Shown: positions 16,253 through 24,120 of the stretch, in pieces
How positions within the stretch are numbered: position 1 is the stretch's first letter
Layout: every line of letters starts with the position of its first letter
Assembly (NCBI GenBank): GCA_963783935.1
Contig: CAWAPP010000007.1
Location: forward strand, 1,201,823-1,265,822
Length of the DNA stretch: 64,000 bases
Source of the DNA: an uncultured Actinomycetota bacterium
GTDB taxonomy: Bacteria > Actinomycetota > Actinomycetes > Streptosporangiales > Streptosporangiaceae
Direction of reading: 5' to 3'
The notes under the pieces: generated by a model
The model's database searches: none
What the model saw: only the letters and a program-made list of their open reading frames with translations
What the model was told of the DNA's origin: nothing
Made by a program: the position numbers and the translations under genes

Positions 16253-17190
16253 TCGGCGAGTCGGTGGCCGCTGTCGAGATCGAGCCTTGGGTCATTCCTG
16301 ATCAGCGCAAACTTGCGACTTACGCCGACGATCCTTACTTCTGGGAAGGCTGGGCCTCGTTCGCGCGGGCTTGCGGGGGTCAGCCAAGCGCTCGCGCCTT
16401 TGAGCGGATGACCTTTCTGATGATCAAGCCGGAGGCGATCGCCGGGCGCCGGATCGAGCTGATACTTGATTTCCTTGCTTCGCGCGGATTCTTGATCACC
16501 GGTGCCTGGCCGGTTCGGATGAGCAGGCACGCCGTCAGGGCACTCTGGCGTTATCAGATCAACGTCGTGCCGGTGGCGCACTTGCGGGCGCTTGAGCTTG
16601 GGGTTACCTCCGATGAGCTTTTCGTCGTCGGGCTGATCCACCTTGAGCCTTGGGACGGGGCGGGCAGCGCGGCCGAACTGCTGCGCTTGTGCAAGGGGAG
16701 TTCGTCGGCCCCGGCCGGCGATTCGCTGCGGGACGTGCTGGGTGGTCAGGCTCGGATGCTCAGTTTCGTGCACGCGCCGGACGAGTCGGCGGACGTGATC
16801 CGTGAACTGCCCATCTTGTGCGAGCCAGGGCAGCTCGGTCAGGTTCTGGCCAGCCTGGTGCCCTCGGCCGCATCGGCGCCCGGTCGGTCCGAGGCTGAAG
16901 CTCGGCTGGCCATGACCGCTAGGTATCAGCAAGTGCCCGAGCACGACCTCGACGTTCGCGCGACCTTCCAACGAATGCTGGCCGCGTCCGGTGGCTTGCC
17001 CCAGGTTGCGCGGGCGGCGATCCGCGCTGGGCGTACCACCTCCGAGCAGGCACTTGAGGTAGTGGCTGCGCTCGAGGTGGCCGACTGGCTGCCGTTGTGG
17101 GACCGGATCGTGACCGCTGCTCACCTCACCGATGGTCTTCGTAACGGCCGCGCGATGCTGCTGCCGCCATGTCCCCGTCCTGCCAGTTAG
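16249..17190 (+). CDS. NDK-fold protein with ~130-aa C-terminal extension
   Basis: ERMTFLMIKPEAIAGRRIELILDFLASRGF and RDVLGGQARMLSFVHAPDES mimic the NDK blocks (lIKPDav.., N..HgSDs) and keep the His. GTGA overlap with the upstream stop. Last gene of the + strand operon. Confidence 0.7.
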   Translation: MIGESVAAVEIEPWVIPDQRKLATYADDPYFWEGWASFARACGGQPSARAFERMTFLMIKPEAIAGRRIELILDFLASRGFLITGAWPVRMSRHAVRALWRYQINVVPVAHLRALELGVTSDELFVVGLIHLEPWDGAGSAAELLRLCKGSSSAPAGDSLRDVLGGQARMLSFVHAPDESADVIRELPILCEPGQLGQVLASLVPSAASAPGRSEAEARLAMTARYQQVPEHDLDVRATFQRMLAASGGLPQVARAAIRAGRTTSEQALEVVAALEVADWLPLWDRIVTAAHLTDGLRNGRAMLLPPCPRPAS

Positions 17191-17650
17191 CCATTTCCGA
17201 CTCTGGACGTTCCGGAACCGCATCGATGGCCCACCGCTGCTGTTCCCGGCCGACGGGCAACGACAACGATGGGCCATGGATGCGGTTGCAGCAGCATCCA
17301 TGGGTCATCGATGCGGTAGCCGTCGGCCAGGCAACAACAACGATGGGCCATGGGTGCGTTTCCGTGGGAGTGAGTTCTAATCGACCGCTCGGCTTGGCCC
17401 GGACTGAACTGGTCCTCCAGCCCTTCCCGCGTCAGCCTCTCCCGACATTCCAGACATTCCCGACATTCCCGGCATCCAGGGCTGCCCGCCGCCCCGGCCG
17501 CTGACACCGGGGGCACTTCGCGGTCGTGAACCCGCGGACCCCGAAGTGCCCCCGGTGCTCGGGCAAGACCGTCCGGGACCCGCCTCACTCCACCAGAAAC
17601 CCACCCATGGGCCATCGATGCGGTTAATCGGCCGCCGAAACGGCAAACAA
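17191..17650. repeat. intergenic repeat cluster R3
   Basis: Four spaced GCATCGATGG-type palindromes (17213-17352) aligning ~85% by eye with 1320-1490. A MITE-like unit (17345-17613) holds a perfect 14-bp-stem hairpin CCGGGGGCACTTCG..CGAAGTGCCCCCGG (17507-17555) and ACATTCC[AC]G tandems. Confidence 0.8.
17345..17613 (+). mobile_element. MITE-like element, 269-bp copy, ~30-bp terminal inverted repeats
   Basis: Left end GGGCCATGGGTGCGTTTCCGTGGGAGTGAG (17345-17374), right end CTCACTCCACCAGAAACCCACCCATGGGCC (17584-17613). Collinear with the reverse complement of 1813-2029 except for an extra nested 49-bp hairpin. Confidence 0.5.
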
Positions 17651-17792
17651 CGTCCCGGCGATGGAGCTAAGCCGGGGCGATCCCCTCGGGCTCACGATCT
17701 CGCGAGGCCCGTCATTCACGCTTTCCACACGGGCCTATGTCAGTCTCGGCTCCGCGCGCTGTCGTCTGCCGGCGGCCTTAAGACCGTCGCGG

Positions 17793-18818
17793 CTAAGGCG
17801 TCCCGATGAACGCCATCAATTCGACCGGGGTCAGCCGGAACCTCAGCTTGGTGGCGGCGTTTCCCCGGCCGCCCTCGAGCACCGCCCGCCCGGCCGCTGT
17901 CGCCTCCTCCACGGCTGGCATCAGCATCAGCGGGAACGCGCTGCGGGCACCGGCCATTACCGAATAGTCGATCCCGCCGGCCCACAAGTGAAACCTGGTC
18001 GCGTCCCTGAGGCTGATGCTCGCCAGCCCAAGTTGCCCGTCTAGCCAGATCTCCGTCACGCTGATCAACCCGGCCGCGATCGCCACGAACTGACCGAACT
18101 CATCCGGATAATAAGCGGCAGTGCCGTGGCGCGCGGTCGTCCGCTGACAGAGTCCAACGGCGTCGGGCACGCCCGTCGCCGGGTCAGGACGCACGTACCG
18201 CATTCCGATCCGGTCCGCCTGGCGGCGGCCCTGCCGGATAAGAGCCCTGGCTTTCTGGCTGGGAATCGCCGCGATGAAGTCTTCTGACGAGCTGAAGCCG
18301 CGCAGGTCCTTGTTGTACCGGGTGTTCATGGGAATCTTCGTCAGCCCAACCTCGGCCAGTGCCGCCGAAAGCTGGGAATCGCCATCTACGTTCAGGAACG
18401 CGAACCACTTCACGCCTGCCTGGCGGGCTAGGTCGGCGAGGACCAGGCAAGCCCGTTCCACCAGGTGTGTCGTGAGATGCCCAGGCCGGGTCGGCAGCGC
18501 GGTGTCGTAGCAGTGCGCGACGTGGGTGATCAGGATCAGGTCACCTGGTTCTTTGCCGGGCAGGCCGAGCCCGGAAAGTATTCCAAGGGGATCGTCGCTG
18601 CTCTGCAGGTAAGCGGGCAGCACCGCGACGGCCGGGTCGCCGAATCGCAGGTAGAAGAAGTTCTCGGTTACCTGTAAGGGCGCTTGCTCGTAGGCGCGGA
18701 GGAAAACGTAGTCATAGAAGGCCGGCGCCCCGGCCGCCTCGGTCACAGCCGACCACTCTGCCCGGCCAATCCCGTCAATGGCGTGACCGACCAAGACGGG
18801 TCCGGCGTTCTTACTCAC
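17793..18818 (-). CDS. GNAT-fold / FemAB-like acyltransferase (Acetyltransf_6 or DUF482-like)
   Basis: 341 aa with clean composition. The N-terminal FYDYVFLRAYEQAP..FYLRF..AVAVLPAYL and C-terminal GGIDY..LEGGRGNAATKLRF pattern resembles FemAB-like/BioF2-like GNAT proteins. Assigned from memory only. Confidence 0.5.
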   Translation of the reverse strand: MSKNAGPVLVGHAIDGIGRAEWSAVTEAAGAPAFYDYVFLRAYEQAPLQVTENFFYLRFGDPAVAVLPAYLQSSDDPLGILSGLGLPGKEPGDLILITHVAHCYDTALPTRPGHLTTHLVERACLVLADLARQAGVKWFAFLNVDGDSQLSAALAEVGLTKIPMNTRYNKDLRGFSSSEDFIAAIPSQKARALIRQGRRQADRIGMRYVRPDPATGVPDAVGLCQRTTARHGTAAYYPDEFGQFVAIAAGLISVTEIWLDGQLGLASISLRDATRFHLWAGGIDYSVMAGARSAFPLMLMPAVEEATAAGRAVLEGGRGNAATKLRFRLTPVELMAFIGTP

Positions 18819-18868
18819 CGTCGCCGCGAATCCCGATCATGTTTCTCGGACACACTCGGGGCGGGAGG

Positions 18869-19477
18869 TTAAAAGTCAAGCAGGTTAGCGGGGTCGAGGG
18901 AGACCGTAAACGGCTTGTCCGAGTCAATCTCAGCTTCAAGCCTGCCGCCTTCCACGACTGCCGGGGCGGCTGTATACGTTCCGTCTGTCAGGATGAGGAC
19001 CTGGACAGATAGCCGGGGCGTGTGCTCGATGATCCAGTACTGCGGAATGCCGAGGGCGGCGTATTCTCCGACCTTGCGCAACCGGTCTGTGCGCTCGCTA
19101 CCGCTCCCCGGTGAGATGACCTCCGCCACCATGAGCAGGTCAGAACCGGGGATGAGCTTCGGCGACTCCTCGATGATCGCCGCGCGGGCAGTCTCCCTTG
19201 GAACTACGAACACGTCCGGCTTGCGCACACCCACCGGAGTGCTGATTTCCCACTCGCCGCCATCACACACGATGACCGGTGAGTCCGCGTCAGCGGCGGC
19301 TTGCTCGATGATCCGGGCCAGGGTCCGCAGCGCCCAGTTATGCCGTGAGCTTGCCGCCACTTCAGTCAGCCACCCGTCTTCGAGTTCGAATCCCTTGCCG
19401 TCCTCCGGTAGTTCGTGCAGGTCGAGGATGGTGTACGGCCCGAATTGGGTGCCATGCACCGAAGTTCGCGCTCGCAT
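18869..19477 (-). CDS. Uma2 family (DUF820) PD-(D/E)xK endonuclease-like protein
   Basis: RKPDVFVV .. VAEVISPGS..RTDRLRKVGEYAALGIPQYWII matches the Uma2 D..EV.S..K..Y...GI..YW core. Confidence 0.8.
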   Translation of the reverse strand: MRARTSVHGTQFGPYTILDLHELPEDGKGFELEDGWLTEVAASSRHNWALRTLARIIEQAAADADSPVIVCDGGEWEISTPVGVRKPDVFVVPRETARAAIIEESPKLIPGSDLLMVAEVISPGSGSERTDRLRKVGEYAALGIPQYWIIEHTPRLSVQVLILTDGTYTAAPAVVEGGRLEAEIDSDKPFTVSLDPANLLDF

Positions 19478-19481
19478 GGCG

Positions 19482-19877
19482 TCACCTCCGGCGGTTCACG
19501 GTATGCATGGCCACTGTATCGTGCGCCTCAGCCTGGATCAGCTCGCGAGTCGCCTTCTGCGACCCGCGAAGCAGGCATCTCAACGCATGGAGCCCGCGCC
19601 GGCCCGAGCCGTGGTTGTTCGGACAGATCGCCCATAGTGCAGGGCTGCAACGATGACTCCCACGAGAACGAAGCCTGTGCACCACTTCTTCCGCTTCCCC
19701 GTCACTGCCAACGGCGACCACGAAGTCTAGGTCCTTGGTGAACCGAGGATCCGTACGCGCTGACACCGCGAGGCCCCCAACGAGCGCCCAATGTGCCGCT
19801 ATAGCGTCCAGGTCAGCTATTCCGTTTATGAGTGCGGACTCAACCGGCGTCACTGTCCCGTTTCCTTGCGGAAGCAC
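19482..19877 (-). CDS. Pol-beta-type nucleotidyltransferase-fold protein, possibly truncated or frameshifted (toxin-like)
   Basis: LVGGLAVSARTDPRFTKDLDFVV is a minimal-NTase GG..(n)..DLD motif. After ~residue 70 the text turns Arg/Cys/His-rich and unnatural, suggesting a disrupted 3' half. Confidence 0.4.
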   Translation of the reverse strand: MLPQGNGTVTPVESALINGIADLDAIAAHWALVGGLAVSARTDPRFTKDLDFVVAVGSDGEAEEVVHRLRSRGSHRCSPALWAICPNNHGSGRRGLHALRCLLRGSQKATRELIQAEAHDTVAMHTVNRRR

Positions 19878-20076
19878 GGCGGGGACCGCTCCGTGGGGGC
19901 TCGGCTAGCCACGTCCTCACCATCTTGTCGATCTCCTCTTGGCTAGCTTGCGGGTGATCCCTGCGCATCCGCTGCCGGTACAACTTGACGCCCAAGTCGT
20001 GCATGTCCAGAGCGGTTCGCAGACGCGCGGTCTCTGGCGTGACTGAGTCTGAAGTTCCAGGTGCTTCATTGGACAT
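19840..20076 (-). CDS. small 78-aa protein upstream of the NTase (antitoxin-like partner)
   Basis: Helical-looking ALDMHDLGVKLYRQRMRRDHPQASQEEIDKMVRTWL. Overlaps the start of the NTase ORF by 38 nt. Confidence 0.4.
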   Translation of the reverse strand: MSNEAPGTSDSVTPETARLRTALDMHDLGVKLYRQRMRRDHPQASQEEIDKMVRTWLAEPPRSGPRRASARKRDSDAG

Positions 20077-20191
20077 CGTGACCCCTGCGGACCTGTATGC
20101 GTCCAGTTAGTTGACAGTACCAATGATCATCATCTCTTAACGCGTTCCTAGAAGTAAGCGCGCCGCATAGCGCGGTTTGGACGCGGTGGAT

Positions 20192-22330
20192 TCACGCGTC
20201 CTGGCGCGGGCCGTTAGCGGGGGGGATGATCAGGACGTCGGCGGCGATGGCGCCTGCTGGGCCGCAGATCAGGGGGTTGATGTCTAGGGCCGAGAGGTCT
20301 TCGGCTAGTTCGGTGGCCAGGGCGCTGAGGTTCACGATCGCGGTAGTGATCGCGGTCAGGTCGGCGGGCGGGGCGCCTCGGACGCCGGCTAGCAGCTTGC
20401 TGATCTTGAGTTCGGCCAGCAGGGAGCTGGCTTGGTCAGCGGAGACCGGCGGCAGGGCAACGGCGCGGTCGGCGATTACTTCTACCAGGGTGCCGCCTGC
20501 GCCGACGACGATCAGCGGGCCCAGGTCGGGATCGATGGTGATGCCCAGGGCCAGTTCTACGCCGGGCGGGGCGGTCTGGCAGATCAGGACTTCGGTGCCC
20601 AGGCGGGCGGCCAGGTCGGCGTAGGCGGCGCGGAGTGCCTGTTCGTCGGCTAGGCCGAGCTTGACGCCGCCTACGTCGGATTTGTGGGCGATCGCCGGGT
20701 TGTCGGTTTTGAGTATCACGGGGTAGCCAGTGCGGGCGGCGGCGGCCGCCGCTTGGTCGGCGCTGGACGCTCGTTCGGTGCGGGTTACCTGGATGCCGTA
20801 GAGGGTGAGCAGGTCGAACGGGGCGGCGAGTAGTTGCCTGGCGCGGGACTGGCGGGGTTGGTTGATCTCGGGGGCAGGGTGGGGTTTTTGACCGGCTCCG
20901 TGGTTGAGCAGGTGGCGGATGGCTTTCAGGCCGGGGCGGAGGCCTTCTAGTACCGGGATGCCGTTCTTGCGCAGCAGGGCGGCCGCGTCTTGGTCCAGGG
21001 CGCTCGGGACGTTGCTGATCAGCATCAGCGGCTTGGTCGTACGCTGCGCCGCGTCTAGGGCCGCGAGTTGGTAGGACTCGTCGCCGTCTAGCTCTTTGAC
21101 CAGGTCCACCGCCAGAGCTACGGCGTCGACGGCGGGGTCTTCGGCGAGGGCCGTCAGGCACTCGCCGAAGAGTTCCCTGGTATCGGCTCCGGTGCCCCAG
21201 ACGTCGAGCGGATTAGTCGGGAGCAGTCCGGGGTCGAGCAACGAGGCCAGCTTGGACTTCGTGGACTCGGAGATGGCCCCGTACGGCACCCGCAATTCCT
21301 CGGCGACGTCGGCCGCGTGGGCTCTTTCGAGTCCTGAATCGTGGACCGTTGCTATGCCATGTCCGGGCGCGCTTGTTCGCGCGACCGGACGGCGGGCACA
21401 GAACAGCTCAAGGGTGTCGCACAGTTCGGCTAGGTCGGTTACCCGGTGGACGCCGTAAGCGCGGGTCAGGGCTTCCCAGCCTGCCCCCGAGCCCGCCAGC
21501 GCCCCTGAGTGGGCGGCGACCATGGCCCGGCCTCTGGCTGAGTTGCCGGCGGTGAGCAGCACGACGGGGATGTCCCGCTCGGCCGCGGTCGCCAGTACGC
21601 CGACGAGACGGCTGGGCTCCCTGATCGCCTCGAGTACCAGGGCGAGCACCTTGGTCTCCGGCTGGGCGAGGGCGTACTCGAGGTAGGAAGGCGCTGCTGT
21701 GACCAGCTCCTGACCGGAGGACACGGCCAGCGTGAAGCCGAAGGCACGCCGGGTGCGGAGCAGGGCCGAGAAGACCGACCCCGAGTGCGTGACCAGGGCG
21801 ACGGGACCAGCAGGGATCGGGTCGGGCTCGATGTACCCCATCGCCCGCAGTCCGTAGGTGACGTTGGCGAACCCCATGCACCCGGCCCCGCACAGTTCCA
21901 TCCCAGCCGACCGCGCGATTGCGGCCAGCCGCGCCCGAAGCCCGCAGGAGGCGGCGCCGGGCGGGGTCTCGTTCGCGTTTCCGAAGATCACTCCCGCTCG
22001 GCAGCCCAGCTCGGCGGCCAGCGTGAGCTGGGCCTCGAGCGCCGCGTCTGGTACGCCGAACAGCACCAGATCGGTCGGACCAGGCAGGTCAGCCAGCGTC
22101 GGGTAACACCGTTCGTCGTTGATCCGCGAGTACCTGGGGTTCACCGGGTACACCGTCGGCCGGGCCGGCGACTTCGCGACTTCGGCCAGCATCCGGGCGC
22201 CGAAACTGTCCGCACGGGCCGAGCCACCCACGACCGCGACGGAACGAGCCTCAAGCAAGCTGAGCAAGGCCGACCCCGAGGGAGAGTTGGCCTGCTCGGC
22301 TGGTTTATTGGCGGATGTAACGATTGTCAT
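20192..22330 (-). CDS. acetate--CoA ligase family protein (ADP/NDP-forming acyl-CoA synthetase; CoA-binding + ATP-grasp)
   Basis: N-terminal CoA-binding Rossmann SVAVVGGSARADSFG. C-terminal ATP-grasp block YPVILKTDNPAIAHKSDVGGVKLGL. 712 aa. Confidence 0.85.
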   Translation of the reverse strand: MTIVTSANKPAEQANSPSGSALLSLLEARSVAVVGGSARADSFGARMLAEVAKSPARPTVYPVNPRYSRINDERCYPTLADLPGPTDLVLFGVPDAALEAQLTLAAELGCRAGVIFGNANETPPGAASCGLRARLAAIARSAGMELCGAGCMGFANVTYGLRAMGYIEPDPIPAGPVALVTHSGSVFSALLRTRRAFGFTLAVSSGQELVTAAPSYLEYALAQPETKVLALVLEAIREPSRLVGVLATAAERDIPVVLLTAGNSARGRAMVAAHSGALAGSGAGWEALTRAYGVHRVTDLAELCDTLELFCARRPVARTSAPGHGIATVHDSGLERAHAADVAEELRVPYGAISESTKSKLASLLDPGLLPTNPLDVWGTGADTRELFGECLTALAEDPAVDAVALAVDLVKELDGDESYQLAALDAAQRTTKPLMLISNVPSALDQDAAALLRKNGIPVLEGLRPGLKAIRHLLNHGAGQKPHPAPEINQPRQSRARQLLAAPFDLLTLYGIQVTRTERASSADQAAAAAARTGYPVILKTDNPAIAHKSDVGGVKLGLADEQALRAAYADLAARLGTEVLICQTAPPGVELALGITIDPDLGPLIVVGAGGTLVEVIADRAVALPPVSADQASSLLAELKISKLLAGVRGAPPADLTAITTAIVNLSALATELAEDLSALDINPLICGPAGAIAADVLIIPPANGPRQDA

Positions 22331-23955
22331 CCCTTGGCCGACCCCGAACGGGAGAGCTTCTTGTCGGCGATCGCTGCCCGGGCGGCCTGCCAGCCTGGGA
22401 TACCGCAGACGCCGCCGCCCGCGTGCGTAGCCGAGCTGCCGTAGTACATGCCTGCTACCGGCGTCCGGTAGTCCGCGAAGCCCGGGGCGGGGCGCATGTG
22501 GAAGAGCTGCTCGAGGGACAGCTCGCCGTGGAAGATATTGCCGCCGATGAGGCCGTACTCCTGCTCCATTTCATGCGGGCTGACGACGTCCCTGTGCAGG
22601 ATCGACGCCTTGAAGTTGGGTGCCACCTCGTCGTACAGCTCGATCATCCGGTCGGCGTAGGCCTCGAGCTCGGACTGGTGCGGTTCGAGGTTCCAGTCGG
22701 CCGGTACCCACTGGGTGAACAGCGACATGATGTGCGTGCCTTCCGGGCACAGGGTCTTGTCGAACGTGGTCGGGATCACGCCGTCGCTGAACGGTCGCAG
22801 CGCGGGCTTGCCGTTGCGGGCGTCCTGGAACGCCTGCTCGATGAATTCCATCGTCGGTGCCATCTCGACCGAGCCGGTGTGGTGCTCTTGCTGCTGCGAA
22901 CCGGGGTCGGCGATGAAGTCAGGCAGCTCGGAGAGGGCCAGGTTGATCTTGACTACGCCTGAGCGGGTCTTCCAAATCTTGATGTCCCGCGCGAACTCTG
23001 GCGGCAGGTTCGCCTCGCCGACCTGGTCGAGGAACGCGGTACGTGGATGCAGGGTGGACACGACCGTGCTGGCCCGCAACTCGGTGCCGTCCTCGAGCGC
23101 GACGCCAGTGACTCGCCCGCCCGAGGTAAGGACCCGGCTCACGCGGGAGTTGAGCCGCACCTGCGCCCCGAAGCCCTTCGCGGCGGCCTCGATAGCGTCG
23201 GAGACCGCGCCCATGCCGCCTTCCTGGAAGCCCCAGTTGCCGAGATGGCCGTCACCCACGTCGCCGATCGAGTGGTGCGCCATCACGTAGGCGGTGCCAG
23301 GCTCGTAAGGACCGGCCCAGGTACCGATCACGCCGTTGACCGCCAGGGCGCCTTTGACCTGGGAGGACTCGAACCAGTCGTCGAGCAGGTCGGCGATCGA
23401 CATCGTCATCAGGCGGGTCACATCAGCCGTCGTGCGGACGTTAAGGCCCCGGTTCCGCCAGGCGAGCTTGAGGAGACCGCGCAGGTCCCTCGGCTTGCGG
23501 GAACCGATGTTCGGCGGCACGGTGAGCAGCAGCGGGCCGAGTACGTCGGCTAGCCCGGCCAGCCAGGCGTCCCACTTCGGCATCGCCTCAGCGTCCTTTT
23601 TCGACCACTGCGCGACGGAATCATAGTTACGCTGGGCGTCGTCGGCATACAGCTTGATCGAGCCGCCCTCCGGGAATGCCTGGTAGTAAGGCCCCATTGG
23701 GTGGACCTTGTAACCGTGGCTGGCTAGCTTGAGATCGTTGATAATGGTCGGCGGCATCAGGCTCATCACGTAGGAAAGCCTCGTCACCTTGAACTCGGGA
23801 GCATCGGGCCATGGGGATTCAGTGGTTGCTGCGCCGCCGGTCTTATGGCGGCTTTCCAGCACTACTGTCCGGGCGCCTGCCCGGGCCAGATATGCGGCGG
23901 CCACAAGGCCGTTATGCCCTCCGCCTATGACGATGGCATCGTATGTTGCGGCCAT
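22327..23955 (-). CDS. FAD/NAD(P)-dependent oxidoreductase, phytoene-desaturase (CrtI)-like family
   Basis: Dinucleotide fold YDAIVIGGGHNGLVAAAYLARAGARTVVLE. Start set at the MAATYD ATG (23955), preceded by GGAAAGGAAA. The longer listed ORF adds an Arg-rich leader. 4-nt overlap with the downstream gene. Confidence 0.85.
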   Translation of the reverse strand: MAATYDAIVIGGGHNGLVAAAYLARAGARTVVLESRHKTGGAATTESPWPDAPEFKVTRLSYVMSLMPPTIINDLKLASHGYKVHPMGPYYQAFPEGGSIKLYADDAQRNYDSVAQWSKKDAEAMPKWDAWLAGLADVLGPLLLTVPPNIGSRKPRDLRGLLKLAWRNRGLNVRTTADVTRLMTMSIADLLDDWFESSQVKGALAVNGVIGTWAGPYEPGTAYVMAHHSIGDVGDGHLGNWGFQEGGMGAVSDAIEAAAKGFGAQVRLNSRVSRVLTSGGRVTGVALEDGTELRASTVVSTLHPRTAFLDQVGEANLPPEFARDIKIWKTRSGVVKINLALSELPDFIADPGSQQQEHHTGSVEMAPTMEFIEQAFQDARNGKPALRPFSDGVIPTTFDKTLCPEGTHIMSLFTQWVPADWNLEPHQSELEAYADRMIELYDEVAPNFKASILHRDVVSPHEMEQEYGLIGGNIFHGELSLEQLFHMRPAPGFADYRTPVAGMYYGSSATHAGGGVCGIPGWQAARAAIADKKLSRSGSAKG

Positions 23956-24059
23956 GCTGTTTTCCTTTCCGGCCGTCTCCTGCGGTCCGAGGTCCGGCCG
24001 CTTCGTTACCCTGAGGCTCCGCTCGCGTGACCTGCGAGATCGAGGTCTGCGCGAGTCCT

Positions 24060-24075
24060 GACTGAACATTCAGTC
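24060..24075. promoter_or_regulatory. 16-bp palindromic operator GACTGAA-CA-TTCAGTC (site 1)
   Basis: In the divergent intergenic region between the oxidoreductase (ATG 23955) and TetR (ATG 24121) genes. An identical 16-mer (reverse complement) recurs at 41791-41806. Confidence 0.6.
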
Positions 24076-24120
24076 TAAATTTTTGCTACGGTTACGACAA
24101 GTGCTGCGGAGGAAGTGCGG

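Noticed and set aside
19378-19395. GAGTTCGAATCCC, a tRNA T-arm-like string
   Set aside because: It lies inside (antisense to) the Uma2 CDS. No acceptor stem, D-arm or anticodon arm can be built around it.
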